Shown piece by piece: positions 1-27,210 of a DNA stretch of 33,264 nt. Below the pieces are notes generated by a model. The model saw only the letters and a list, made by a program, of their open reading frames with translations. It did not search any database and had not been told where the DNA came from. The translations under genes were made by a program, and so were the position numbers. Origin of the DNA: a virus; UHGV virus genome UHGV-0106174. One strand, 5' to 3'. How positions within the stretch are numbered: the stretch's first letter is position 1; every line of letters starts with the position of its first letter.

Positions 1-49
1 GACTGTTCGTAATCATGCAATAATGTACACCGCAGTAAAAAGGATAACA

Positions 50-313
50 CTAGATCAACGTAGTGATGATCTCGGCTATGTGTTCAAGTGGGATTGGTGC
101 CAAAATAACACCATTTGCTGCCAGTAGTGGAACCGCTACATAATTATAAATGAGAACGCCAAAGGTGATTGAAGCAATCGCAGTAGTTTTCCATTTAATT
201 TTTACATCTTCGCCATCTTCTTTAATGAAGGCTTTTTTAGTTAGCTCTATCATCTTTTTCATCTTTTTCATCTTTTTTATCCTTATCTTTTTTATTATCG
301 GTTGCTTCATCAA
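50..313 (-). CDS. Hypothetical small protein, Lys-rich N-terminus and hydrophobic C-terminus (possible membrane protein)
   Basis: Six-frame ORF; N-terminal KKMKK repeats come from a simple tcatcttttt DNA repeat; C-terminal stretch AIASITFGVLIYNYVAVPLLAANGVILAPI is hydrophobic. No homology recognised. Confidence 0.3.
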   Translation of the reverse strand: MMKQPIIKKIRIKKMKKMKKMIELTKKAFIKEDGEDVKIKWKTTAIASITFGVLIYNYVAVPLLAANGVILAPIPLEHIAEIITTLI

Positions 314-384
314 TTTTTTTAGTTATGAAGTATTGAAGACTTTGTACTAGCACAACTTTTAACATACTAAACATATACACATCC

Positions 385-2211
<1,827 letters not shown>

Positions 2212-2213
2212 AA

Positions 2214-2250
2214 AAGAAAGGGAAGCCGAAGATGGTTTCCCTTTTTTATT
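2214..2250. terminator. Bidirectional rho-independent terminator between the convergent endolysin and late operon
   Basis: Inverted repeat AAAGGGAA...TTCCCTTT (about 2217-2244) flanked by an A-run upstream and a T-run downstream; sits between the stops of the plus-strand endolysin and the minus-strand ORF 2249..2500. Confidence 0.55.
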
Positions 2251-2500
2251 ACTTCGATACTACATTTAGAACACGCTTTAAATCTGACTTGATATCTGTT
2301 AATTCATTATGAATTCTCATCAACTCATTTACATCATCTTCTAACATTTCTGTACGTGCTTCTAATGCTTCTAACTTCACTTCTAACTGCTTGATACGAC
2401 TTTCTAGCTGTACCGCTTCTCGTCGTTTAATTACGGCATAACGTACCATAAATGTAAACAACGTAGCGAATACACCGACTAATGTCAGATCCATACACAC
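2249..2500 (-). CDS. Small membrane-anchored coiled-coil protein (possible i-spanin-like or holin-associated lysis protein)
   Basis: 83 aa; N-terminal hydrophobic segment LTLVGVFATLFTFMV followed by heptad-like EAVQLESRIKQLEVKLEALEARTEMLEDDVNEL. Adjacent to endolysin. Function inferred only from architecture. Confidence 0.35.
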   Translation of the reverse strand: MCMDLTLVGVFATLFTFMVRYAVIKRREAVQLESRIKQLEVKLEALEARTEMLEDDVNELMRIHNELTDIKSDLKRVLNVVSK

Positions 2501-2554
2501 ATCCTTATTTAATTTATTATAATAATATGCGGTGATATTTTACCGCATTATTAT

Positions 2555-5982
<3,428 letters not shown>

Positions 5983-6019
5983 GAATGAACCACTATTTGA
6001 ACTGTCTTTATGTGGTAGT

Positions 6020-11002
<4,983 letters not shown>

Positions 11003-11067
11003 TGGATTAATTCCTTATAGTGAAACGGGGGAATAGATCCCCCAAGTAAAAGTATTTATAATTATAA

Positions 11068-11526
11068 TTATTCTACTAGACCAGTAGCTAGTGGACCGCC
11101 GTCTACTGATAACACAAATTCCCTCACCACTACCGCGTCTTTATCGCCACCAGTGGTAGAAGAAGAAATAAATGCATTATAAATTGCATAGTAACCTTCG
11201 TCATGTGTACCGTCGGTGTAATATGTGATCTTGAACTGTGCACGTTTTTGATCTTCGGCTAGTGCAAGTAGTTTTGTATGTACTGCGTTATCTGGTAGAT
11301 AGTTTACAGTTAGTGGGATATCTGGTACTGATTTAGTACCAAGTAGTTTACGGTTGTAAGCACTATTAAAAGTGACTACATCAATTACTACGCTTTCTGC
11401 ACCCATAGTTGGGAATGCACCTAGTTCTGGGATAATTTCGAAATCAGTTGCAGGAGTGGTAGAACCTGCGGTATATGTGCCAACTTCAACGGTGACGTTA
11501 GCACCAGCAAAAATATCAAATGCCAT
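11068..11526 (-). CDS. Major tail (tube) protein
   Basis: 152-aa ORF directly upstream of G/GT; strong AAGGAAA-type SD context; no in-frame CGG. Confidence 0.65.
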   Translation of the reverse strand: MAFDIFAGANVTVEVGTYTAGSTTPATDFEIIPELGAFPTMGAESVVIDVVTFNSAYNRKLLGTKSVPDIPLTVNYLPDNAVHTKLLALAEDQKRAQFKITYYTDGTHDEGYYAIYNAFISSSTTGGDKDAVVVREFVLSVDGGPLATGLVE

Positions 11527-11602
11527 TTTTTATTTCCTTATATAGATTTAAGTTATTAAGTGAACAGGTACATATATATATCATGTACCCGTGTATATTT
11601 AT

Positions 11603-15484
<3,882 letters not shown>

Positions 15485-15486
15485 AA

Positions 15487-15814
<328 letters not shown>

Positions 15815-15817
15815 TTA

Positions 15818-17726
15818 TTACGCCTTGATAGAAAGTTGTACTACTGCTTCTGGATGAGTCTGTACCACATCTAGGTAGTGATAATTTCTAATGCACACGC
15901 CTAAACTAGAACGATATGTCGTATCATCGTAATCTACAGAAGATCCTACCCAATTTGCGATAGTTACAAAGCTAAAATCACCCATTAGGATAGTATCATC
16001 AGCTACCATAGTGCTGACGTGAAGTGGCATTTCATCTAGCAACCATTGAGTATCAGCAAAACGCATACCTTCAGCTAGTGCAACACCAGCAACATTCGAG
16101 AGGAAAGGAGTCTGACGCAATTTCGCATACATGGTCGGTGAAACGATAGCGATACAATCACGGGATTTAACGTTAGCAGTTAGTAGTTTTGAAAATGCTG
16201 CTTCGATATCGGAATCTGCAATAACACCAGAAGCTGCGGTTTCTACTTTAGTAGCTTGTGCTTCAACAACATCAACTACTGCTTTTTCTAGAGAAACAGC
16301 TACGTTTTCTAGTAGAATATCGGTGATGTAACGTTCGATATTAGGACTAGATAGGATTAGACTACGGGTTAGTGGAATAGATCCGGGCAAATAATCTAGG
16401 ACGCATCACGATCTGGTCCATCGAAACTACAGATTCTTCAATCGCCTGACCTTCTTCATAGAATTTGAAGGATGCTTTAGAATCGATACCAGTTAGACGT
16501 GGAATAGTAAATTCACGGTTATTCATACCAGAATAAACTTTAACACCCATACGACCTAGGATTGAATCTGGAAGTAGTGGTTGGATAAAATCATCTGCAT
16601 AGTTAGTTTGAATTGCACCTGCTGCGGTAACAGTAGTGGTATTTGCACGAGCTTGTGCTAGTTCACCAGCTTGTAGGGTAAAACCACGTTGACCTTGTTC
16701 TAGATTTTCTAGAGCGGATTTATCACCTTTAATTGCTTTAGCTAGTGCTTCGATAGTACGGACTTGTTGAGTCATTTTGTCTTCCTTAATATTAAGTTTA
16801 TTATGTTTTTGTGTCTCGATTTCACGTTTAAAATCTTCGACGCTTACGTTATTATTTATTGCTTTAGTACTGTCAATATTAAAAACTTTAGCAATACTTT
16901 CAATTTCACGAATACGGGATTGATTCAATTCTTCAGCTTTAGCATCTTCAATTGCTTTCAATTCTGCATTAATGTTATTTAGTTCTTTTTCAACTTCCAT
17001 TTTACGACGAGCTTTATCAAGTGAGCGTTTAGCTTCTTCTAGTTCGCGTTCTTCTGGTAGTTCTTCTTTTTCTTCATCTTCTTTAGATTCAGATTCAATT
17101 TCACGCACTTCTGTTTCTTCAACTTCAACCGCTTTTTCTTCGGTTTCTACTGCTTCAACTTCTTCGCGTTCAACTTTATTTTCTTCGTCCATGACAATTT
17201 CCTTAAGTTGTTCACTATTTTTATTTATGCTTCGACCAACACCTACTTTATTGTCGGCAGGACAACTAACCATACTTAATTCATATGGTTCGATCTTAGT
17301 TACCATTAGATTATTACCTTCAAAATAATAATCACGAATGTTATAACCGAAAGATACTTTAGTTAGTACGCCTTCTTTTACTTGTTGATACTTCTGATCT
17401 GCAAATCCAGTAGCACTAAAACGGACGCTTGCACGTCCTACGCGGTCTGAATCAATTCGAGCATTCTCGACTACACCGATTAACCAATCCATATTGTGAT
17501 TATATAGGAGTGGTGCACCTGTATTTAGTCGAGTAAGGTCTACGCTATCAGGAGTAGTAACAAGAATTTCATTGTAGATTTGTCCGTTGATTTCACGTTC
17601 TACGGGTTGCTCTGACATAAAGGCAATTTCTACTACGCGTGAATCATCATCAATAGAATTATTAATACTTTGAATATTAATTTCACGCGTCTGTTTCATC
17701 GCTTCCAGTTTTATTTGATTGCTCAT
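15818..17726 (-). CDS. Prohead protease - scaffold - major capsid protein fusion (HK97-like), one CGGN recoding site
   Basis: Segments 16362..17726 and 15818..16390. N-terminal protease-like region, a long acidic E/K-rich linker (scaffold-like low complexity), then a capsid-like C-terminal domain. Joined at CGG 16383-16385: ...MRPRLFA-G-SIPLTRSLILSSPNIERY... Confidence 0.65.
16382..16385 (-). other. CGGA recoding site (capsid gene)
   Basis: In-frame CGG; downstream ORF is +1. Confidence 0.55.
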
Positions 17727-17788
17727 CTATATTTACTTCCTTGTTTTGTTGTTTTTCCTTTTCAACCTGTAATAATACAACGGCCGGG

Positions 17789-19687
<1,899 letters not shown>

Positions 19688-19697
19688 ATATATTTCC

Positions 19698-21668
19698 TTA
19701 ACGTTTGAAATAGTTCTTACCAGTACTCTTAGTTTGTACAAAACCAAACTTCTTACGTGCATGCACTGGTTGTTCTATATATTTATCTTCATCTATATTT
19801 ACTTCTGAAGTATCTATATCTTTTTTATCTTCTATCTTTTTGCGTTGATTTGCATCATATATACGTAGTTCGGCAAATGGATTATTACCTAATGTACTTA
19901 AACGCCACTCAATTGCTACTAAAGCATACGCAAGACAATCTAACATTTCGTTACGGTCTAGATTGCTCTTACTCTTTTTCTCCCATACATAGCGACCACC
20001 TTTGAATACTCGTTTCTCACTGGTCAACTGAATGAAATAATCGTCGGGTAGATTACCACTGAAATAGATATTAGTACCGAATGATCCGGCTTCATCATGT
20101 ATTGCCTGTTGTACTAACTTCATAATTGTATTTTTACTTTCACAACTATTAAGTATGATTAGTTCTTTACCACCAGCTTTACTTTTCTTGAATAACTCCT
20201 GTGTACCATTACCTTTAATTGGTCTTAGTAGTTTCTCGCCATATGCATTGTACTTATTACAGATACGATAGATTGTATGTGTAGCGTTACCGTTACCTGA
20301 GTCTATGAAGTTACCAAAATTACGTAATGGCTTACCTGATACAGTCTTGAATGGATACTTTAGATAACGTGCCAATTCTTCATATGCTGGTGATTCTACT
20401 TTAGTAGTATCTACGGCACTGAATATACGATGATCTAATACATAAACCTTCTTCTTATTGTCAGTAATACCTAATGTAGTAGTCTCGATCCTATCTAATT
20501 GTTGATCGCTGCCTGTGAAAATTCCGGATAACATCATCGGGGATATTTTTAATATCAAAATCAAAATCTCTTAGGTTCTCTAAAATAGTTAAATCGATTT
20601 GTTTATTTGCTTCATCTTCATATGGTAAACCGTAATGATGTATTATAAAAAGTTTGAAGGTCAAAGTTTGCAAAGCTATCACTAAAATCTTGTACAATCT
20701 TTTCGATAGTAGTTAGTGGACTGTAAAGACGTGATATATGGAAGCCTGCATAGTCTGTTACTTCGGGACGTGTCGCAATCCATCGCCCATTAGCTACGGC
20801 AGTATGTCGTTGTGCTTCGGTGAATGGTTTATCACACTTAGGACAATGCAGTTTTGCACCCTTTGATACGGCAATCTTCTTACCGTTCTTAGGATCTACA
20901 GTCCAGGTGAATCGAACGTTAGCCCATACAATTTCATGTTCATGTTTACAGTGTGGACACGGTACAAAATACTTACGCTGATCACTCTTAGACCATTCAA
21001 CCATTACGGGATCTGTTGGATGTACTGGCGTTGATGCACTCATAATCAGACTATCGGCAAACGATGCACCGACGCTGATTAGCCAGTGCAATCGGATCGC
21101 CCTCATCAGTTTCTACTGCTCCCGATATCTCATCGAGGAATAGATACTTTGTAGTGACACTACGTAGCGTAGCTGGTGCACCCAACGAGGCAAAGTAAAT
21201 CATAGTACCATCTTTCATCTCGATCTGGTTCTGGTCGTTCACGGCGTTCTTATCGGTCTTGCGTGTCACTAAATTATCTAGTACTGAACACTGTTTGATA
21301 CCTTGTTCAAATACACCCGTTTTATATTTCTTCTTCATCTCACCAGTGATTGAAGCATGTAACATATTCGATGGGTTATTATGCATCAGATAGTAAGATG
21401 CATATGTCAGTATTGAAGTCTTGAGGATCTGAGCACTAGAAACAAATACCGTTTTACGGATACTTGGATTAACAATTATATCGAGGGGATCGCGTTGGAA
21501 GGGAAATAAGCGTACGGGACTTCCATTCATTGGCCCCGACACGAATTTAATATTCTCTTCGGTCCATTCACTCGGAAGGATCTTGCGAGGCGGAATTATC
21601 GCCTGATTCGCCTGATTGAATATCTTCGTTAGTTTCGTTGTTAAATCGTTCTTCATATTTGAAATCAC
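19698..21668 (-). CDS. Terminase large subunit (lambda gpA-like), three CGGN recoding sites
   Basis: Segments 21051..21668 (ATPase-like N-terminus, LFLDEIS Walker-B-like), 20618..21106 (CPHC...CPKC zinc motif as in gpA), 20491..20697 and 19698..20564 (nuclease-like C-terminus, GSDQQLDRIE). Each successive segment is +1 shifted at an in-frame CGG (21069, 20630, 20524). True start near 21668 is uncertain because of a 100-nt overlap with TerS. Confidence 0.8.
20523..20526 (-). other. CGGA recoding site (TerL)
   Basis: ..PDDVI CGG A; +1 frame continues GIFTGSDQQLDRIE... Confidence 0.55.
20629..20632 (-). other. CGGT recoding site (TerL)
   Basis: ..FYNTSL CGG T; +1 frame continues GLPYEDEANKQIDL (compare lambda NTTLGETWEAK). 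Confidence 0.55.
21068..21071 (-). other. CGGT recoding site (TerL)
   Basis: ..ALANQR CGG T; +1 frame continues GASFADSLIMSASTPVHP... Confidence 0.55.
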
Positions 21669-22089
21669 CTAGTTCTAATAATTTATCATCTATATATTCT
21701 TGTAGTTTGTTTTTAATAGCCATGCCATCGTCGCCAACCTTTGATAGTTCCATATATGCCTGTACTGGTAGAGTACGGAATGATTGACGTATACGTGAAC
21801 AATATGCAGCCAGTTCATCAGCCACTTCATTTACATAAACTACTTCACCAATGGTCAGTTTAGTTTCAATTTCTTGTTGGTCGGCACGGGCTTTAGTGAG
21901 TCGGATTTCTTCGCGTAGTTTTTCACTTTTCAGTGCTGGGTCGCTCTTACGCAGTGGTGTGATTTTATTCTCTACTACCCACTTAAAAACATCGGCATCT
22001 GGTGCGGATAGGTCTAATCCTTCCGTTTGCCAACGACTAATAACAGACATGTCATATCCATATATCAGTACTAAATCTTTTAACATCAT
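21568..22089 (-). CDS. Terminase small subunit (lambda Nu1-like)
   Basis: N-terminal LKDLVLIYGYDMSVISRWQTEGL resembles the Nu1 winged-HTH (LADIFGASIRTIQNWQEQGMPV, recalled from memory); first gene of the minus-strand late operon. Confidence 0.6.
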   Translation of the reverse strand: MMLKDLVLIYGYDMSVISRWQTEGLDLSAPDADVFKWVVENKITPLRKSDPALKSEKLREEIRLTKARADQQEIETKLTIGEVVYVNEVADELAAYCSRIRQSFRTLPVQAYMELSKVGDDGMAIKNKLQEYIDDKLLELGDFKYEERFNNETNEDIQSGESGDNSASQDPSE

Positions 22090-22200
22090 GATAGTTTTTA
22101 CCTTTTAATTGTTTGTTAAACTTTGATTATTTTTTATATAAAAAAAAGAGATCGCGGCGGAAACTCGTATTTATTTAGTCTTCCTAAAGGAACCTATAGA

Positions 22201-22226
22201 TTCAAAGAATATGACTGTGGTATATT
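22201..22226 (+). promoter_or_regulatory. Candidate promoter for the plus-strand SLATT/nucleotidyltransferase operon
   Basis: TTCAAA ... TGgTATATT (extended -10) about 30 nt upstream of the ATG at 22254; AAGAAGG SD precedes the start. Spacing to the -35-like hexamer is short, so only the extended -10 is convincing. Confidence 0.25.
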
Positions 22227-22253
22227 TAATGCAAACAACAAAGAAGGTTTAGC

Positions 22254-22781
22254 ATGAACAATAATCTTATCCAGACTATTATCCGTGAATGCTATAGAAT
22301 CGAAGAAGATGCATTATTTTCTTCAAAATCACATTATAATGTCTCTGATAGATGGGATAAATTGAATATGTGGTTTGGAGTGCCTTTAGCTATACTAACG
22401 GCATTAAGTGGAGTTGCTGCGATAAAAAGCTCTACCAACGCAGTAATTTTAATTTCTATAGTTTCCACAACTCTAACTGCTTTGAATACCTCATTAAATC
22501 CTAGCAAACGTGCGGCTCTTCATAAATCATCCGCCAATGAATATAATAAGTTAAAAAATGAAGTTAGAATTTTTAGAGAACTATTAATTTCTAATTATGA
22601 TTTCACTGATGATGATACTAATATTGATCAAGTATTAGTTGAAAAACTCACTATATATTCTGATCGACGCAATCAGCTCAATGCAAGCTCTCCAAATATT
22701 CCGCGATGGGCTTACAAAAAAACGCAACATGACGTTAATCAAGGCTTTACTAATTATAATATTGACAAGGAGAAATCATGA
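22254..22781 (+). CDS. Two-transmembrane-helix protein, SLATT-like candidate effector
   Basis: 175 aa; soluble N-terminal segment, two hydrophobic helices (FGVPLAILTALSGVAAI and AVILISIVSTTLTALNTSL) separated by a short loop, then a ~80-aa polar tail. Architecture matches SLATT-type membrane effectors that pair with SMODS nucleotidyltransferases. Stop overlaps the next start (ATGA). Confidence 0.45.
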   Translation: MNNNLIQTIIRECYRIEEDALFSSKSHYNVSDRWDKLNMWFGVPLAILTALSGVAAIKSSTNAVILISIVSTTLTALNTSLNPSKRAALHKSSANEYNKLKNEVRIFRELLISNYDFTDDDTNIDQVLVEKLTIYSDRRNQLNASSPNIPRWAYKKTQHDVNQGFTNYNIDKEKS

Positions 22782-23554
22782 CTGTCAGTACATATTTAGA
22801 ATCAATCAAAAATAAAGCATATCAAAAAGATATTACAATAACTAATTCAATCAACACGATAAAAAGACGGCTTGACTATTTCTTCTCAAGTGAAATAAAA
22901 GAACATTTTGTTTTTGGCTCATATTCAAGAAATACGATGTTACCAAGAAGTTATGATCGTTTTTCTGATGTTGATTATATGATTGTATTTAAAAATGTAA
23001 TACATCAGCCACAAACTTATCTAAACAAATTAAAAAAGTTTGTAAACTTTTATTATAGCACATCAGAAATCAAACAAAGTCATCCTACAATTCAGTTAAA
23101 TTTAAACCATATTACTTTTGAACTTGTCCCCGCTTCACATAGTATTTTTTATGGTTATCAAATCCCTTCAAAAGATGACTTATTAGGACGTTGGATGCAA
23201 ACAGATCCTTTAGACTTTAACATGCAATTAACCAACTGCAATAAAAACAACAAATCATTGATTAAACCTCTTATTAGAATCATGAAATATTGGAATGCTA
23301 ACTCTGGTTACGTATTTGAATCATATCAATTAGAAAAGAAAATTGTTTCATTTAATTATTTCTGGTGTTCAACACTTAAAGAATATTTTTACTCTGCTGT
23401 AGAGCAACTTTCAGCACCATATGAATTTGCTTACTGGAAAAAGCTAAAGATACAAAAACTTAAAGATTCCGTAAAGCTAGCAAAATATTACGAAACGATA
23501 GACTGTCCTTTCTCTGCTGAAAAAGAAATAAAAAGTATCTTACCAGAGATATAA
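22778..23554 (+). CDS. Nucleotidyltransferase (pol-beta superfamily, SMODS/cGAS-DncV-like minimal fold)
   Basis: 258 aa; motif FVFGSYSRNT...(x)...SDVDYMIVF is the hG[GS]...DxD nucleotidyltransferase signature, with a downstream hEh (FELVP) candidate third acidic residue. Strong AAGGAG SD. Contains an in-frame CGG at 22868-22870 translated as Arg (IKRRLDYFF) with no frame break. Confidence 0.6.
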   Translation: MTVSTYLESIKNKAYQKDITITNSINTIKRRLDYFFSSEIKEHFVFGSYSRNTMLPRSYDRFSDVDYMIVFKNVIHQPQTYLNKLKKFVNFYYSTSEIKQSHPTIQLNLNHITFELVPASHSIFYGYQIPSKDDLLGRWMQTDPLDFNMQLTNCNKNNKSLIKPLIRIMKYWNANSGYVFESYQLEKKIVSFNYFWCSTLKEYFYSAVEQLSAPYEFAYWKKLKIQKLKDSVKLAKYYETIDCPFSAEKEIKSILPEI

Positions 23555-23571
23555 CCTTCTAATTAATTATT

Positions 23572-23638
23572 ATCGATTGTTTGCAATAAGTGAAGCTCAT
23601 CATTCACATATATACAAACAATCGATTTTTATTATTTT
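23572..23638 (+). terminator. Rho-independent terminator after the nucleotidyltransferase gene
   Basis: Perfect 12-bp inverted repeat ATCGATTGTTTG ... CAAACAATCGAT (23572-23583 and 23615-23626) followed by TTTTTATTATTTT. Confidence 0.5.
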
Positions 23639-23746
23639 GGTATTGATTATAAAATTAACAATACGAACAAGTCCAACTAGCCAACCGCCAACTCACTTGA
23701 TTTATTAAAATTAACATTAATTGCACTCTCTCATCTTTTATTGTGA

Positions 23747-24475
23747 TTAGCTCTTTTTAATTAGTTCTCTTAAATCTTCTATTGAACGTACATCCATACC
23801 AATATGTATCATTACATGACAATTTGCACATAATGGGATAAGATCCTTTACCGGATCAACTTTATATCGTTTAGCAATCTTATGTAAAGGTTTTATATGG
23901 TGAACTTGAATATAGTTTTTGCCTAACTTTCCATATGTTTTTTCAAAATTAAAACCACACACCTGACATGTATAACCATGAGCTTCTATACAAGCTTGTC
24001 TTGCTTTAGGATCACGTTCATAGTAGGTTATTCGCCTTTCTTGTTGTTCACCTTCATAATACTCCTTATCCACATTAGGCGTATATGAATAGTATTCTTC
24101 ATCAGTAGCGTACCAATCACCATTGATTTTCGTTAGATATTTACGCACTATCTTTTTTTCAAAATCTTTGATTTTAGCTGCACCGCTTGATGTTTTTCTT
24201 TCGTCTCTTACTTGGCAAAACGTATATAAGTTATAACCTTCATACAAAATTTTGTTTATATGCTCAATCGATTGACTATATCCGCTTTTTTTGCGTCCTT
24301 GTTCGTTTTCCTTCCACTTATGTGATAAAATCAAGACGCTTTTACCATCAATAGATTTGAGATCTTCCCATGCACCAAATATAATTCTTTTGTTCGTTTC
24401 ATCAATAAACGACCAACTCCAACTATAATTTTTACATGTTGCACCTAATGAACGTAGAAACTCAGTTCTGGACAT
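23747..24475 (-). CDS. HNH endonuclease, McrA-like C-terminal domain with an uncharacterised N-terminal domain
   Basis: C-terminus ERDPKARQACIEAHGYTCQVCG...IQVHHIKPL...LIPLCANCHVMIH matches the HNH/McrA motif layout (RDP, CxxC, HH, CxNCH). Probable start is the ATG at 24473-24475 (MSRTEF...) with a GAGGA SD; the track ORF begins at an upstream GTG. Confidence 0.65.
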   Translation of the reverse strand: MSRTEFLRSLGATCKNYSWSWSFIDETNKRIIFGAWEDLKSIDGKSVLILSHKWKENEQGRKKSGYSQSIEHINKILYEGYNLYTFCQVRDERKTSSGAAKIKDFEKKIVRKYLTKINGDWYATDEEYYSYTPNVDKEYYEGEQQERRITYYERDPKARQACIEAHGYTCQVCGFNFEKTYGKLGKNYIQVHHIKPLHKIAKRYKVDPVKDLIPLCANCHVMIHIGMDVRSIEDLRELIKKS

Positions 24476-24626
24476 ATTATATTCATCCTCTAACACTTCC
24501 TTTCATATATAATCATACTACATTTCGAAATATATTTCATACTAAAAAGATGATCCTTGCCATAAGAGATTAACTTAATAAAATCTATATTTTCTAAATA
24601 TCGATTGCGATTTTTACATCTTCCCA

Positions 24627-24655
24627 TTACCCTGGTGTTGATATTTTGGTATACT
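24627..24655 (+). promoter_or_regulatory. Candidate promoter (extended -10 TGgTATACT) upstream of ORF 24763
   Basis: TGgTATACT at 24647-24655 with a weak -35-like hexamer 17 nt upstream; AGGAG SD before the ATG at 24763. Confidence 0.3.
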
Positions 24656-24762
24656 ATATCATCTAGTAAAGTTAGGGTTAACATTTATCCCCAACATAAT
24701 AACAACCCACTAATGAAAAGTATATGTTTGATGTGATTTATCAATAATATAGGAGTAACATC

Positions 24763-25131
24763 ATGAAAAAATTAATCATTGCCTCTATCTTAGCTGCTTC
24801 TTGCAATGCTAATGCAGCATCACGTGAGCTTCTTAATATGGTAGATCCGATTGAAAATTATTTAATCATAAATGGTAAAGCCTCTGGTAAGGAGGCACAT
24901 TATACCGCTTACCGTTTAGCAGATGAATTAGCCTCGGTTTTCGATAAGAATATGGTCGAAGTATTAAACGAAGGAATAAATTGTAGTACAATTGTACAAA
25001 AAACAAGCCCCCTCCCAGTACATATGTTTCCTGTTGATGACAATAATAAAGTAGCTAAAATTAATCGTAAAAAGATTGAAAAAGCAATTATCCACTATGT
25101 AGAAACTAGATGTCAGGAATTATCAGAGTAA
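24763..25131 (+). CDS. Secreted protein or lipoprotein (possible superinfection-exclusion function)
   Basis: N-terminal signal peptide MKKLIIASILAASCNANAAS with a Cys in lipobox-like context; accessory-region location. Function is speculation. Confidence 0.4.
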   Translation: MKKLIIASILAASCNANAASRELLNMVDPIENYLIINGKASGKEAHYTAYRLADELASVFDKNMVEVLNEGINCSTIVQKTSPLPVHMFPVDDNNKVAKINRKKIEKAIIHYVETRCQELSE

Positions 25132-25202
25132 AATGTCACATTCATAAATTACATTTATTACATATGGCTACGATTATAACAAATATCATTCACAGGTACA
25201 TA

Positions 25203-25409
25203 ATGAAATCATTACTATTAAAATACGAAAAAGTGCTAATTGATATTTCAGCAGTTGCTTCGGTAGCTATCATCGGTACTTATTATGAGTCAGATCACCC
25301 TTCTGCCTTACATGAAGTTTTTTCTGTAATATCAGTTGGCGTTTTGTTCTACGCTGCAAAACGTTATATATCACCAGTTATTTCAAAATATACCCCATGG
25401 AAAAAATAA
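25203..25409 (+). CDS. Small membrane protein (two predicted TM helices)
   Basis: Internal ATG at 25203 (MKSLLLKYEKV...); hydrophobic segments ISAVASVAIIGTYY and VFSVISVGVLFYAA. The upstream part of the track ORF (from 25110) overlaps the previous gene. Confidence 0.35.
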   Translation: MKSLLLKYEKVLIDISAVASVAIIGTYYESDHPSALHEVFSVISVGVLFYAAKRYISPVISKYTPWKK

Positions 25410-25627
25410 TTTATTTTAGACTAATGGTAATTAATTAAATTATAGATTTCTTAAACTATTGATTGTACAAGTTGTGCAATCAATAGTAATACTCGATTTA
25501 CTCCTTAGCACGCTGGACATGTTCTTAACTTCAAAAGCTCGTAGTGTAAAGCGAATTATATATTTAAAACCACTACATGTTATTAAAGCACAGGGCTATA
25601 AATTTACATGTCCATTTAATCTCATTA

Positions 25628-25952
<325 letters not shown>

Positions 25953-25995
25953 CAATTTAACTATTTTGATTGTAGTGTCGAAATCGTACATTTTT

Positions 25996-26045
<50 letters not shown>

Positions 26046-26073
26046 TAGAGTATACAGTTTGCCGCATTTGATT

Positions 26074-26465
<392 letters not shown>

Positions 26466-26588
26466 TTATATTGAAAAAAGTAATTTCGTTGAAAATTGAC
26501 GAAAATAACACAATATATTGCATGCACTGAATCATAGTACATACTATATATTGCGTCTAAAATTCGACAAGGTAATAACTCTATAGAA

Positions 26589-26960
<372 letters not shown>

Positions 26961-26997
26961 TCTAAAATGTGTGATTTTTCTGTGTAGCAGCGACGCA

Positions 26998-27210
26998 TCT
27001 CTAGTCTATTATATAAGAACGATAGATAAAAGATGCGTCGTCGCTAGTACACTAACAACATCTTAGTGCTTTGAATTTACGTTGAAAATCGACATAGAGT
27101 TTACTCATCGGTTCCACTTCAATTTCTTCTTTTTGTAACGCATCTTTTATTTATTATATAAGATCTATAGATACGACTTGCGTTACAACTTTATCAAAAG
27201 AGATGCGTTT
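26998..27210. repeat. Cluster of ACGCATCT/AGATGCGT repeats with two ~50-bp direct repeat units; putative origin or operator array
   Basis: Inverted repeat GCGACGCATCT (27000-27010) ... AGATGCGTCG (27041-27050) around an AT-rich spacer containing TATTATATAAGA; a second unit ACGCATCT...TATTATATAAGA...ATAGATA...TGCGT at 27138-27186. Further ACGCATCT/AGATGCGT copies occur inside the helicase gene 3-prime end near 27200-27208, 27354-27362 and 27400-27412. Confidence 0.45.

Noticed and set aside
150-350. Plus-strand 66-aa Phe-rich ORF
   Set aside because: It is the product of a T-rich simple repeat read in another frame and overlaps the minus-strand ORF 50..313; no start context.
20491-20697. 68-aa ORF as an independent small gene within the terminase region
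   Set aside because: Its sequence (GLPYEDEANKQIDL) fits as the middle piece of the terminase large subunit between two CGGN sites.
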